The notes: generated from the sequence alone by a model not told the origin. A DNA stretch of 64,000 bases from Guillardia theta CCMP2712 (GCF_000315625.1 NW_005434487.1:1-64000), one strand, 5' to 3'. Counted from the first letter of the stretch, positions 36,657-49,487 are shown. Translations and numbers: made by a program.

Positions 36657-39600
36657 TCACTCTCCTGTCCATTCGGCTATCTGGTCCGCCAACTTGTCGG
36701 CTATCTGGTTGCCACAGATGGGAAACTTGCGGAAGAGGGTGATGAAGGCCTGGAAGGAGTCAGACGAGCTCGTGGCTGGCTTGACGCGCGTCAACATACC
36801 GGCTCGTCGTCTCCGTCCTCTTCCTCCACTTCGATGTTTCTGATCAGCCTCGGTCAGCGGAGGAGCAACAAGACGCCTGTCTCGGGTACCTCCTCCCCTT
36901 GGGTACGATTTCTTCCTCCTCCTTCTTCGACACGGGTTGTATCCTCGTCACGGTCTTCTGCAGGACCTCGAGCGAGTTCTGCGACACCTGCGGCAAGAGG
37001 TGAGGGCGCGTGCTCTCGCTCTGCTCCTGCTCTACCTGCACGAGCTCGGCCTGCGACGGGTTCATCTCGAACTGCGGGAGAGCATACTACAAGCTCGACC
37101 ATCAGCGGGCACGAGGAGGCGCTTAGAGCCTCACGAGATGCTTCTTGGGATCCGCGCAGAACTCGCAGAAGATTTTGCCGGAGTAGAGGCAGTAGATGGC
37201 CTTGGGGGGCTGAAACATTTGAGGATCAGAAGGGGGTTCGGAGAGCAGGAGGCAGGAGGGTCAGAGAGCAGGAGGGTCAGAGAGCAGGAGGGTCAGAGAG
37301 CAGGAGGGTCAGAGAGCAGGAGGGTCAGAGAGCAGGAGGGTCAGAGAGCAGGAGGGTCAGAGAGCAGGAGGGTCAGAGAGTAGGAGGGTCAGAGTAGCGC
37401 TATCACCTTGACGACATCGAAGCGAACGTCGCAGAAGTAGTCCTTGGGCGCGTCCTCGTCCTCGTCCGGCGTGATCCCATCCCGGTTGACTCTGTAGCAA
37501 AGAAGATCAGCGATCACTCCTTGCTCTCTCCTGCTACTTTCCTCCCGCCCTGTTCCTGCCTTCCTCTTCCTCTTCCTCCCTCCCTCCCTCCCTCCCTCTC
37601 TTTTCTCTCCGTCTTCTCTGTCTCCTTTTCAAGCACTTCCCCTCCTCACCTCCCGTTGCACTGCCGGCAGAGCTCCATGGGCTCTACGAATCGGTTTCCT
37701 CTAACTAGCGTGAGAGCGTTGCGACCGGGTAGGTCGGCTGGGTTCATGTCCTGCCGGAGGGTCAGAGGGGAGCTGGAGTCTTCCTAGGCTCCGACACCTT
37801 GTTACGCCCCAACCTCTTCTTGATCCACTCGTCAGCAGCATGGAGCACGGCGTCGCCTTTGATGTTGATCTGAGCCATCGCCTCCTGTGCCGTCATCGAC
37901 CCTCTCAATCAGCTCGCCCTCGACCAAGCGACATCTCACACCTTCATTCCCTGGTATTTCTTGTCGTAAATCTCCCAGATTCCTTTCCACCCCTTCAACA
38001 AAAGTCAAAGAGACTCGGAGAATGTCAAGACATGTACAACTCACGCTTCGAAAGTTGTTTTTCTCTTGAGATTGCTTTCGGGCATTTCTTGGCACAAAGG
38101 CCTCGGAGCCATCAGGAAACAGAGTGGTCAAGGCATTCTGGTCGGGGCATTGCCAATTGCTGGCAAGCAGGTGCGTCAGCTCGGTCGGCATTTAAACTCG
38201 CGTTACCCTCTCTTTTCTGGCGGCTCGTTGGCATAAATTTCTTTGCATGCTTGAAGGGCTTTTCGCTTCTCTGCACACTTTGAAAGTTTGAATGTCTGAG
38301 AGAGGTCGATTAGTTTCCGTTCAATACCTTTGAGCAAACAGGTTTGGAAAAATGCGAATCCTCGACTTCAAGTCTTAATGCCTAGAAGCACGGTAAATCA
38401 TCAACGAGGTTACTATGAAATCCCACCTTGATCTTGTCTTCGAATTTCTTCTGCAGCGCTTTTTCCTTTTCTTTCTTGCTCTTTTGCTCCAACGTCATGT
38501 TCCCTTCGTCGATTTCATCTTCATTCTGCTTTCCAAGTCACAAGTTCATTGCATGTACTTGCAGCTCAAAGGCACATGATCCTCTTCTTCGTCTTGCTCC
38601 TTCTTGAGTCTCATACGAGCGATGTTGTGCGTGATCGACTAGAAAACCCCTCAGAAGGCTTGCCCCCTTCACCTTCACCTTCGCCTTCGCACCTTCACTG
38701 CCTGGTCGATTCTATCGGGGATGTTGACAGCTCTCAAGACTCCATCCAGCCAGTGCTCATCTGAAAGCGGAATAAGTTTGACAAGACTAAGATGGTGGCT
38801 GTGAACCTTCGCGCATGAGGATATCTGTGATGTACTCTCTTCCAATTTCATACCTGACCATCACTCAACATGGAAAGGCAAAGGCACAACCGTTGAAGTC
38901 ACTCACCCGAATTCCTCCATCCTTGCTTGGTAATTTGTCACTTCTTTGGAGAATGCCTTTCCGCAGTGGTAGCAAATCACTTTTCCTCCTCCAGGAAGCC
39001 AATCTTCCGACATCATCACGCAACAGACGAAGGGTTCTACTTTCAACCTGCTTTGAGCTCTTCACCCGTCTCATTGCACCTGTTCTGCTTGTAGCCAAAG
39101 GCTGACAGACAGGGATTAGGACTCTGCAGAGCGTAGGGAGCGCTGGTATTTTCCCTCACCTTCGATCTCGTGCAGCATGTGTTGGACTTGCCAACTTTCG
39201 TCGTCTGTTATCAGCAGGTCCAGAACAAAAGCAACAGCTCCGCCTTCCGCAAGCTCAGCTCAACACAAACCCCCTCCACCCCTACCAGCATCATATTTTC
39301 CGTAAAGGAAAAGTTTCTTGTTGCCGTTCTGGAAATCGTGTCAAGATGATCTTCGACAACACGTGACAAGGTTGGAATCAATCATCTCCATACCCTTCCT
39401 TCGACAATGTCTGAAACTTTGAAAGCATTTTGCTTTCCAAAGCACCTTGTGGACCAAGTTACAATCTCGGGGAGACAATCAGAAGGAAATCAGGTGGGAT
39501 ACTTTTTAGATGGCGTGAAAGTTGATACGCATGAGGAGCCAGGAGGAAACCAGACATTCTCGTACTTGGGATCATCTTGTTCCTGCTCTCTATATCAATT

Positions 39601-41498
39601 GGTTCCTTGACTATGAAACATTCACCTCTTCTGTAGGATTCACTTTCTTCAACCCGAATCTGAACCACACTTTGGACACAAACCCGAGCTCAACCTTGTT
39701 TTGAGGTTAGTGCAAGCATGTTCAAACTGCTGTGTAAGTCTTATGGATACCTGTCTACGTGAAGAATGTAAGTAGATCGATATTGTCTCAGGTTCTTCCG
39801 TCCTGTAGCCACTTGGAAACAAATCTAGATACCACTCTCCATCGCATGTGAACTCAGCGCTGCAACAACGTCAGCTTGGTCGTTCGCACAGGGCACTTCC
39901 ATGACACCTCGAAAGTTTTTTGTTTGGACCAATTTTGGCGACCACGCGCTTCAGATCATGGATGACCCAATTCACTCTCTACAAGGTGGTCTGAACAAAC
40001 AAGGCGAGAGAAGGATATAAGGCTGGTACCTGTCTCCCTGACAGAGTGAGCTCCGGTTCAAGTTGAGGCTCCTCCAGTCTGACAATCACTTCACCGATCG
40101 ACCATGCGACAGTCGTACTCAAGTTCACCGCAAGCCCGAGGCAGCAAATATGATTATTTCCAACGTGATATGACCATCCTGAACTCTCTCTCGATTTTTC
40201 CCATACTCTAACATGTATCCCTGACGCCAAGCATTCATTTCATTTCTCCTTGATCATCATTGTAAGCTTTACCTCTCTCCAGTTGTAGAGTTTTCCTATG
40301 TCGAATAATTTTTCAAAACCTGCACTTTCTGGTTCAGAGCTGCTCAAGTAGATCAAAAGAGTCACACCCCAGCTTGGCTCTCTGTTCGTGAACAGCTGGG
40401 ACAGAGATCTTTCTATGCAAGGAGGAAGCACAACACCGTTGGCATCTGCTTGTCCTGTACGTTGTATAAGTGAATCTGACAAGGTCTTGAACATCACGCA
40501 CCCATCTTGGAAGATGTCGCACTGTTCTTGGAAAAACTTCTTTTGCCTTCACTCCGTTGGCTCTGACAAATCAAATCAAATCAAATCAAGGCTGCTTGCA
40601 CATGCGCCTACCAGTGCCCGTGAACTTACTCTAGACTTTGTACCACCCGGTTTTGTGGAGGCTTCGGTTGCAAGAGACGCAGCACTGGATGCAATACTCG
40701 CATCGTCATCTTCATCCTCCCCTTCTTCCGCATCTTTGACAACGACAAGTTAAATGCAATCGAAACTGATGGAGTCTTACCGGCTTGTCCTGCATTCTTC
40801 CCTTTTGCATCTTCATCAAACTGAGGAATAGGTTGCATCTTCAACTTTGTTTGCGCTGGAGTCAGAGAAAGATTAAGGTTCAGATGAAGTTTTCACACCT
40901 CCACAGAGGCAAAACTTTGGCTGGTGATCCTGTCTGGATTTTCTGGATCGCCTTGATCTCTTTCGCACTGCATTCACTCACACCATCAGGTCAAACGTGC
41001 TGACTTCGGAAGATCACCTCGTCGTTCATGATGTACAGAGAAGCATAATCCGGGTCCTGCGAGCTCTTCAGCGACATCACTCTCAAATCGACAACAATCA
41101 CCGTGAATCCTTTAGGAAAATACACAACCTTCCAGGGGGTTCCACCAGCCATGATCGGCTTGCTGACAATGCTTCCACCAAAACTGATTGTCCCATTCAA
41201 AGACAAGACAGACAACGAACGCTTTTGTACCTGATAGACTTCACCCTTCCGAATTTGATAGTGAAAGAAGTAAAATCTCCCTGAGCTTTGACATTCTCAA
41301 TCTGAATACCCAGTGAGCGACTCCTTCAATATCAATCATGCAGGCAGTTCACCGAATGCCAAGGTTTATTGGAGAAAAACATGGCCCGGCGGAGAAATCT
41401 GGGATTCCTTTGAAAGTTGTCACTGTTGGAATATTGCCAGGACGGGGACTTGACAATCAGGAGCAGATAGACATTGAGATAAAGGAACACTCCTTCAT
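36657..41498 (-). CDS. Tandem MATH/TRAF-domain protein with two degenerate FYVE-like fingers, many exons; start uncertain
   Basis: MATH1 GGTPWKVVYFPKG..YASLYI...SWGFEKLF...GYML..DGHITLEI; MATH2 VNWVIHDL...SAEFTCDGEWYLDLFPSG...ISIYL; fingers ICYHCGKAF...VCSKC and YCLYSGKIFCEFC; phase-compatible splicing traced through to ...AEWTGE*. Confidence 0.75.
37246..37394. repeat. 18-bp minisatellite (GGAGGGTCAGAGAGCA..), ~8 copies, intronic
   Basis: Direct reading. Confidence 0.9.
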
Positions 41499-41820
41499 CT
41501 GAGCTTGTCTTAGCTTTTCCAACGCAACTCCAGAGGAAAGAAAACCATTTCTATCTCTACGATTGACAGCAATCCTCTGCTAGTGTTATAACTCATCTCA
41601 TCAAGAATGCTGGGTATCTTTCACGAGAAGATCGTTCGAAATCCACACGATTCTTGCACCTTGACACCTCCTGGCCTCATCTGTCATTTCTCCTCCTTCC
41701 TAACTTCCGACCTCTCTTCTGAAGCCGTCGTGTAACAGTGAAGTAGGAGCACAACCATGAGGCACTATCCTTTCTGGGATTCTACCTCTTTCACCGACAC
41801 GTTTTCGTCCCTTCAATGAC

Positions 41821-41880
41821 TTGCTGATGGTGCTGTGACTTCCCTCTCTCTTGCTGATGGTGCTGTGACTTCCCTCTCTT
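41821..41880. repeat. 30-bp tandem duplication
   Basis: TTGCTGATGGTGCTGTGACTTCCCTCTCT(C/T) x2. Confidence 0.9.
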
Positions 41881-42124
41881 CCCTCTTTTTACTTGACCTG
41901 TCCTCGTTTCCCTCGACTCGTCCCCGACATACTTTTCTCATCTCTCCCCTCCCCTTCCTCTGTCCTGCGTTGCTCATCTTTCCACCCTCCGAGCTTTCCA
42001 TGCTCCCACTTGCTCTCTTCTCCTCATCCTCCTTGTCACTTCTGTTTCTCTTCCCTCGCTTCTCTCTCTTCACCCTTGCTACTTCTCCATCCTCGATTTC
42101 TGCATCGAATCATCGGATGTGAAG

Positions 42125-43140
42125 GGTCGTCCACCCCCACCCCCTACCCTCGAAGTTCCCTCCACTCTATACCTCTGAAATGGATCAGACGCCAGTACCC
42201 CGTCAATGTCCCTCACCCACCCACCATTTCACCCTCACCCACCCTACCGGCTAATCGCTACCGCATCTCGGAGAAGTACCCGGGTCAGTCAGGCCCATGA
42301 TAGGGCCGGGGCCGGGCCCGACTCGAGAGTTACGGTAGTAGCCTTCCGCGACTCCGGCGAGGCCCTGACTCACGGTGAGGCCGGGCGGCCGGCGGCGGCC
42401 GGCCTGAGTCACCCCGGCGACTCGGCGACTCACTCATTGAGTCATCATCGGCGCCTTGCCAGGCTCACTTACTGAGTCATCGCCCTGACTCACTCACTGA
42501 GCCATCATCGGGGTACAGTCGGCGCCCTCGTTCAAGTACTCACCGTGGCTGAGTCCGGGCCAACGAATTTGAGAAGAAATGGATTTGTTCGCGCGGCGAT
42601 GTCGGCAGTGGCACGATGGACGCCATGGCGTGACTGAGTGAGGTCGGAGCCACATCCGATCTCTGGTCACCCGGTGGTTCATCAACCCTAAGGTGCCACG
42701 GTCTGTCGGCCCTTTCCCTTGCCCTGGCACTGTGCCGGTGTGTGTCCGTACCGTACGGTATGGTACAACACATATCTGAGCACGCAGTACGGTGACGGGC
42801 GGCAGCGATCAGGATGTACTGGGCAGGCTTGTCGGGCCGCGGCCGGAAGTTTTCGGGCGCTGCCCGCCGGGCCCGGGCTGCCCGGCCAGGGCCTTGTCCG
42901 ATCCGATCGGGATCAGGATGATCGGGATCCGCCCGGCAGGCTAGCAGTGCGGCCTGGATGCGTCAGTGAAATGGTATCGAACGTCACCATCCCCACTGGT
43001 CATGATGGACCCCTGGATTTCAAATATGCCTACCCCTACACCGGTGTTTTTAGTAGGAAAAGTTCTTGTCCAAATATAGGTAGGTATCCACCCCACCCTG
43101 TTCATATTCAATTTTCAATGACCCCTACCCCCAGGACTCT
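42125..43140. promoter_or_regulatory. Divergent intergenic cassette 4: ACCCC arrays flanking a GC-rich palindrome-dense core with five TGA(C/G)TCA sites
   Basis: TGASTCA at 42366, 42405, 42438, 42473, 42486; GTAC and GATC sub-blocks; between MATH and Hsp70-like gene heads. Confidence 0.55.
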
Positions 43141-43620
43141 CTAGTATCCGCAAGCGAAATGCTGCGTGTAATATTATGAGTGGGGATTGCGACGAGGAGG
43201 TGGAGGGGAGTGAGATTGTAGCTGTGAGGTAGGAGAGACATGCTTGAAACTTGTGCAGATGATACAGGATACTGGAGACAGAGGTATAGATATCCAGAGA
43301 TGGAGCGAAGTCAGGCTGAAAGTAGGATAGAGTGATCTAGACAGCGATGTGAAGGCGGCATCAGGATGGTTATGATTATGAGACGTGGATTAAGAGGGGG
43401 AAAGGATTCAAGGGATAAAGATACCATAGGATCGTGACAGATATGGAGAGGAAGGAAAAACAGGTTTAACTCCAGACAAGCATGGATAATACCCGAGATT
43501 CGGTTTTCGCATTGTTTCATTTCATTCCCTTGACTCCCTGGTAACCGTCCATTGTTCGGCACAGGTCTGTGGAATCAAAGATTAGAGTCATAGGATCGCG
43601 AGGAAAGTTCCGATCCAGCG

Positions 43621-46600
43621 ATGAGGAAGTTTTCTGTTGGGTTGGACTTGGGGTCGCAGCAGATTGCCCTGGCTGTGTTCGATCATGAGAGGCAGTGCTC
43701 AGTACCTCTTGAGATCAGCGGGGACAAGACGATGCCCACCTGCATCTCGTTCGAGGGTGACAACACCATCGTGGGGAAGAGAGCCGAGAGCCGTTCTGCA
43801 CGCAAGTGTGAAGGGGTTCTGTGTGCGTACAGGCAGATGCTGTATGGGATGCGGCAGGAGTGGAGGATGCATAGGGAGATGTGCCGACAGCGATGGCACT
43901 TTGGGGTCTCTATGGACGAGGCTGATGGATCTCAGGACAAGGCGTCTGAGAGCGAGCACAGTGACAGCTGCTACGTCGTTCAGGGGGAAGTTGTGAAGAT
44001 TGAGGAGGTCATTCGGAAGGTGAGAGCTAGTGTGTCCTCAGGTTGTGCATGCTGTTGAAGCGCTGAGCTCTGTCTCAGATCATTGAAGTTGTTTGCACCA
44101 CTCTCATCGATGCGATCCGGAGTGGAGGAGCGCTGGAAGTGAACGATGGGCAAATCCCAAGTTTCATCAACTTTGCTTGTTCTGTTCCTGAATGTCTGAG
44201 GTACGACAGACGGAAGATTGCGTGCCATCCTGCCTCCTTTTCCTTTTTCCTATTCCCTCCTCCTCCTCCCCTTCCTCCTCCTCCTCCTCCTCCTCCTCCT
44301 CCTCCTCCTCCTCCCTTGACTGTGTCAAGAACTATGTTCATGCTCTTGATGCTATCCTGCAGTGAAGAACAAAGGGGCGTGATATCAGCTGGAATCAAGG
44401 AGGCACTGGAGGAGGGGCTCGGGCCAAACATTCCGCTCCTCCTAGTCAACGAGACCCTTGCCATCGCCATGCAGGTACTTGAGAAAGTTTGAGTTCGACT
44501 GTGAGTAAGACGTGTCGGGAAGTACTCCTCAATCCCTCCCATCATCCCCAAGACATTTATGTGCATCGACCTCGGAGCGTCCAAACTGACTGTCTCCATA
44601 TTCGAGCTGAAGAAGAAGGATGTCGACTCCTTCTGCTTGCAAGAGGTGCTAGGGAGGAGGGGGTGAAGGGAGCTCGGGGCTGGTTGGAGGTGATGTGGAA
44701 CTGATGGAGAGGCAGGTGATGTCGAGGACAAACGTGTTCGTGAGCGGCAGCGAGATCGAGTACAAGCTGATGCAGTGGTGCGAGAAGCATAAACCCTTCG
44801 CTGAAAGCGTGCTGGGCTCCTCCTCCTCCCGCTTCAAGCTGCGGCGAGACGTGCGGGGAGCCATGAAGACGCTTACGGTGGCGGAAGAGGCGATGATTGA
44901 GACAGACAACTTGGCTGGAGGAAACGATCTGCAAGTGATGCTGACGCTAGAGGACTTCGAGCATGAGTGCAAGGACATCTTCGACTCGGTCCTCCTCCTC
45001 CTGGAGTTCGTCGCCAAGGAGAGCAACGTTGGATACCCTCAGGAGGTGACACAGACGCTGCGAGTGCGACGGGGCTGATGAAGATGTGCAGGTCATCCTG
45101 ACAGGAGGAGCGATGCGCATCCCGTGCCTTCAGAGGAGAATCCAGCAGCTGCTGTCCCCGCACGGGTCGAGCATCAGGAAGACGGTGGACATGGACAGAG
45201 GAATCTCCCTTGGTGAGTTTGCAATCTTGAGGTGCAGAAGATGAGGATGAGGAGAGAGAGAGAGAGACGCGATGGAGGAACACGGAGATGGAAGTAGGAG
45301 GAGGGGAGACAGGAGATGGAGGATTGAATGCAGTGAAGGAGGACGAGAGGAGGAGGATGGAGGGGGAGGAGGAGAGGCAGGAGGAGCAGGACTGCTTGTT
45401 CGACTCTTTGACCACTCGAATACAGGCGCTGCGATGATCGCGGCCATCAAGCACGACCCGTCAGTGGTGAGGAGGAAGAGATGAACCGCTGCTGGTGTGA
45501 CTAGGAGGGTGAAGGTGAAGATGCCGCTCGACCCGACGTCGCCGTTCGAGGAGAACTCTTCGAGACAGATCCTGAGGTGATGCAGGGAGAGAGGATGAGA
45601 CAAGGGGCGGGATGAGAGAGATAGGAGCAAGAAGGGTTGGGTGTGTGGGGGCGGTCAGAGTAGAGCAGAGGGATGCAAAGAAGACGAGCATCGCAGTATG
45701 AGAGTCGGAAGGGGCGGAGGAGGACGGTGTGGGAAAGTGGGAGGAAAAAGAGGGAGGAGAGGAGAAGGGGAGGGGAGACGGGGGATGTAGTCTCTCTATC
45801 GTCATCCTGATTTCAACGGCTCCTGCAGGGTCACCAAGGACGGACGTCTATCCCACGTCGCTCCCAGGGTGGAGAAAGGTGAAGGGAGAGCCTCGAGGAG
45901 CAGCCGAGCTGACTCAGACCAGTAGGAAGAGACGTGGAGGAGTTCAACGCCAAGATCGAAGACATTCAAGTCAGCTTTGCTCCACCTCTCCCTCCCCTCT
46001 CCCCGCGTTCCTTTCCCTCAATTTCCCGAACGCTAATCGTTCCCGTCTCCGCTCCTCTTCATCTTTCACTTGCTCTTCTTGTTCCTCGTTCCCCCTTGTC
46101 TTTGACTGCCTACCTCACTCAAACACAGTCCAAATATGATGCTGCCATGCGTCGCCTGCAAGTTTCCTCGGACTCGGAAGAGAAGATGAAAGATCAGATC
46201 TTCGAGCAGCAGAAGCTGATTGAAACTCTGAGATCCAAGGCACTTCCTTCTCACTCCTTCCACCCTCCTCCCCCCTCCTCCGCCCTCCTCCCCCCCCCTC
46301 CACCCTCCTCCGCCCTCCTCCCTCTCCTGTTGTTTCCTCCCGTCTCTCGCTAAGTTTGGTCTGCTTTATGCTCTATTTCCCTGATACTCCTACAGGTGAA
46401 GGAGCTGGAGGGTCAAGTCTCTGACAAGTCGGCTGGAGTTCCTTCCCCTGTCGCCCAGCCCACCAGCCCTGGTACCACCAGCCTTCTCCTCTCCTCTCCT
46501 CTCCTCTCCTCTCCTCTCCTCTCCTCTCCTCTCCTCTCCTCTCCTCTCGTCTCCTCTCCTCTCCTCTCCTCTCCTCTCCTCTCCTCTCCTCTCCTCTCGT

Positions 46601-47930
46601 CTCCTCTCCTCTCTTCTCCTCTCGTCTCGTCTCCTCTCCTCTCGTCTCGTCTCCTCTCGTCTCCTCTCCTCTCCTCTCCTCTCGTCTCCTCTCCTCTCCT
46701 CTCGGCTACCTCCTCTCCTCTCCTCTCCTCCTCTTAGCGCAAGCTCTCTAGTCTCCTCCACTGTTCTCTCCTCACCGATGTATTCCCGATCCCACTTTCT
46801 TCTCTATCTCTTTTGCTCTCCATCTTCCCGGCTCATCCTCCTCCAAGGCTCTGAGTTCGCCATCGCGCGAGCCAACGCGCTTGAAAGTGAATCTTCGCGT
46901 CTCCGGGAGCAAGTCGACGTCTTGCGCTCCCGCCTCTCCGCGGCTGAGGGGCAGTGCCGCATCCTCTCCCAGAAGCAACACGTCTCGCTCTCCTCCTCCT
47001 CCTCCTCCTCTGACTTGCTGCGTCAGAGCGCGGAACTCGCCGTCAAGGAGGCGCAAGCAACCAAGGTGGCAGCACCGGAGAGGAAGGGGAGAGCAACTGA
47101 CGAAGAGGCAGGAGGAAGCGATGAAGAAGGTCTCGGACATGGAGGAGACGATGAGGAGGATGCGGGAGGAGGTGGAGGAGGCGAAGAAAGAGAAGATGCG
47201 GATTGAAGATCAGCTCTACGATTCTCTCGGCGCTCACACAGAAGTAGACAAGCAGGTGCTTGCAGCGGCAAGGGAGAGGAGGAGGAAGAGAGCGAGAAGG
47301 GAAGATAAGACAGGGACAGAGCGAGAGAGAGGAGGGAGGAGGAATAGTGAGGGAGGGAATAGGCGCAGGGGAGAGAGGGCAGGGGGAAGGAGGAATAGGG
47401 AGGGGAGAAGGGATGGAGCAGAAGTGAGCAGGAGGAGGACTGAGGGATCACGAACTGACGATGAAGGACAGGTGAAGGTGTTGACTAGTCGGCTCAAGGA
47501 GGCTGAGAATGTGAGAGTCCCTCTCAACCCCGTTCAATCAATTCCCTGCTCCCCGCCCTCCTCGCCTGCATCTCATCCTCCTCCCTTCACTCCCTCCCTC
47601 CCTCCCTCTCCTCCTCTATCCTCCCTCCCTCCTTTCTTTGTGGATTCTCACTGATTCTTCCTACTGCAGAATTTGTCAAAATCGCAAAAGTCCTTGAGCT
47701 CAGAATCTCAAAGGTTTCGTCTTCACCATCGAAACACCCTCTCCTCTTTCCACTCCACTCCACCCTAAACCTCTCCTCTCCTCTCTCCTCTCTCCTCTCC
47801 TCTCCTCTCCTCTCCTCTCCTCTCCTCTCCTCTCCTCTCCTCTTTCTGATCTCTTTACCTCAGGCATGCTGTTGTTGAAGAGAAATTGCAGTCTGATCTA
47901 GAAGTTGCTCAGAAGAGGATCAAGGTGTGA
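43621..47930 (+). CDS. Atypical Hsp70-family protein: divergent nucleotide-binding domain fused to a long coiled coil; 3' end at or in the gap
   Basis: [61 protein letters not shown]; then heptad-rich E/K/Q exons. Confidence 0.8.
46485..46733. repeat. (CCTCT)/(CGTCT)n intronic microsatellite
   Basis: Direct reading. Confidence 0.9.
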
Positions 47931-47945
47931 TATCGCATGTTTCTC

Positions 47946-48045
47946 NNNNNNNNNNNNNNNNNNNNNNNNNNNNNNNNNNNNNNNNNNNNNNNNNNNNNNN
48001 NNNNNNNNNNNNNNNNNNNNNNNNNNNNNNNNNNNNNNNNNNNNN
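47946..48045. other. Assembly gap (100 N)
   Basis: N run. Confidence 1.
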
Positions 48046-48498
48046 GCGGGCACGCGGCCGACTCAGTGAGAAGATTATTGTTGCATGCAAGTAAAGGTTT
48101 CTTAATAGCCCGACTAAGAGTGGTCAGTGAGGGGATGTGGATCAATGAGGGATGTGACTTTGGGATTGAGAGGGGATGTGGACCTTTACGCGTCCCTTCG
48201 CCGAAAGCCGCGGAAGACAAAATGGTGGGTGATAAAACAAAGAGGGAGGGCGAAGATGAGAGAAGGGAGGGGGAGGGAGGGGGGGGCGAAGAAGAGGAAG
48301 GCAGACACAGAGATAGCGAGAGACAGAGAGGAGAAGAGAGGAGAGGAAAAAAAATAATTAGGAGAACGGGAGATGAAGAGAGGAAACGGGAATGAATGAG
48401 TAGGGAATGATAGAGGGTTGTCCAACGGAGAGAATGCTGGGAGAATGTGGAGGAAACGTTCCAGGGTAGTGAGTTCAGAGAAAAAAATTGACGTAGAG

Positions 48499-48981
48499 AT
48501 GGTTGACTGGAGGAGAGATGGAGGCGGAATCCATTCAAACAAACCCTAACACTTTTCCTTCTCAGCTCTTTGCGATTGTGCCTGTTCAGAACCTTCAGCA
48601 GCAGGTCAGAAATCCTCCTCCTCCTCTATCGGGGTTGCTGAATATCCTTGCAGTCTCTCTTTGCCCCCGAGACCACGGGCTGGGGAACTTTCGATGGTTC
48701 TTCATATGCTCTGCCTTGAAAGCAACTAACAACGACCAGGATGCAGCGGCTGGTGGGTTCAGGACACCTACTCCTGCAGGTCGACCCGTGTTCCCTTCCT
48801 GCCGCTCCCTCTCCCTGACTCTTCCTGCTGTAGCTCTCCCCCCTGCAATGGAGCTGAGACTGGATGGGGATATGCCCAGGACGCCAGCCCTGGCTGCCCC
48901 CTCAAGACCAAGGGGTGAGGAGAGGGGGAGGAGAAGGGGTATTACTGAATGGCATGCTCCAGCGCTGCTGTCTTCCTCTAA
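48499..48981 (+). CDS. 74-aa Gly/Trp/Cys-rich microprotein (exons 48499-48501, 48566-48604, 48654-48696, 48740-48779, 48834-48914, 48963-48981)
   Basis: Five GT-AG introns of 64/49/43/54/48 nt with CTAAC/CTGAC/CTGAA branch-like motifs splice into one open frame. Confidence 0.7.
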
Positions 48982-49487
48982 GCGAAGTTGGATAACATCG
49001 AGCGACGTGAAGCTCTAGATGCAAATTTTTTTCATCAAAACTCAGCAAGTTTGTCAATTTTTCTATCCAAGACCCTTCTCTATCTTGTTCTTCTCGTCAA
49101 TCTTATCCTTTCGAATTTTTCATGTCCCTCGTGCCATCTTCCCATGTGATCAGTTGAAAAAGCAACGGGACCAAACTAAAGAGAAGGAGATGACATCTTC
49201 TTGGTATCTTGACATGAGAGTGTTAGTCTGCAGACCAACTCAAGTCGTCATTCACCTTGTTCGAGTTTGTCGTAGATCATGAACAGCCTCTGCTGCAATC
49301 TCACCACTCTGACGACAAAGTAACTCACACAATCAGCATGTTTAGGTGAAAATAGCATGTACATGATGTAAATAAGCATGTGCAGCAACATGTATATCAA
49401 AACTTAGATCACAGGACGTACATCACAGCAAGCACATCACTGCAAGCACAACACGGCAGCGCACGCAGACACGTATTTCAGTTTCGC

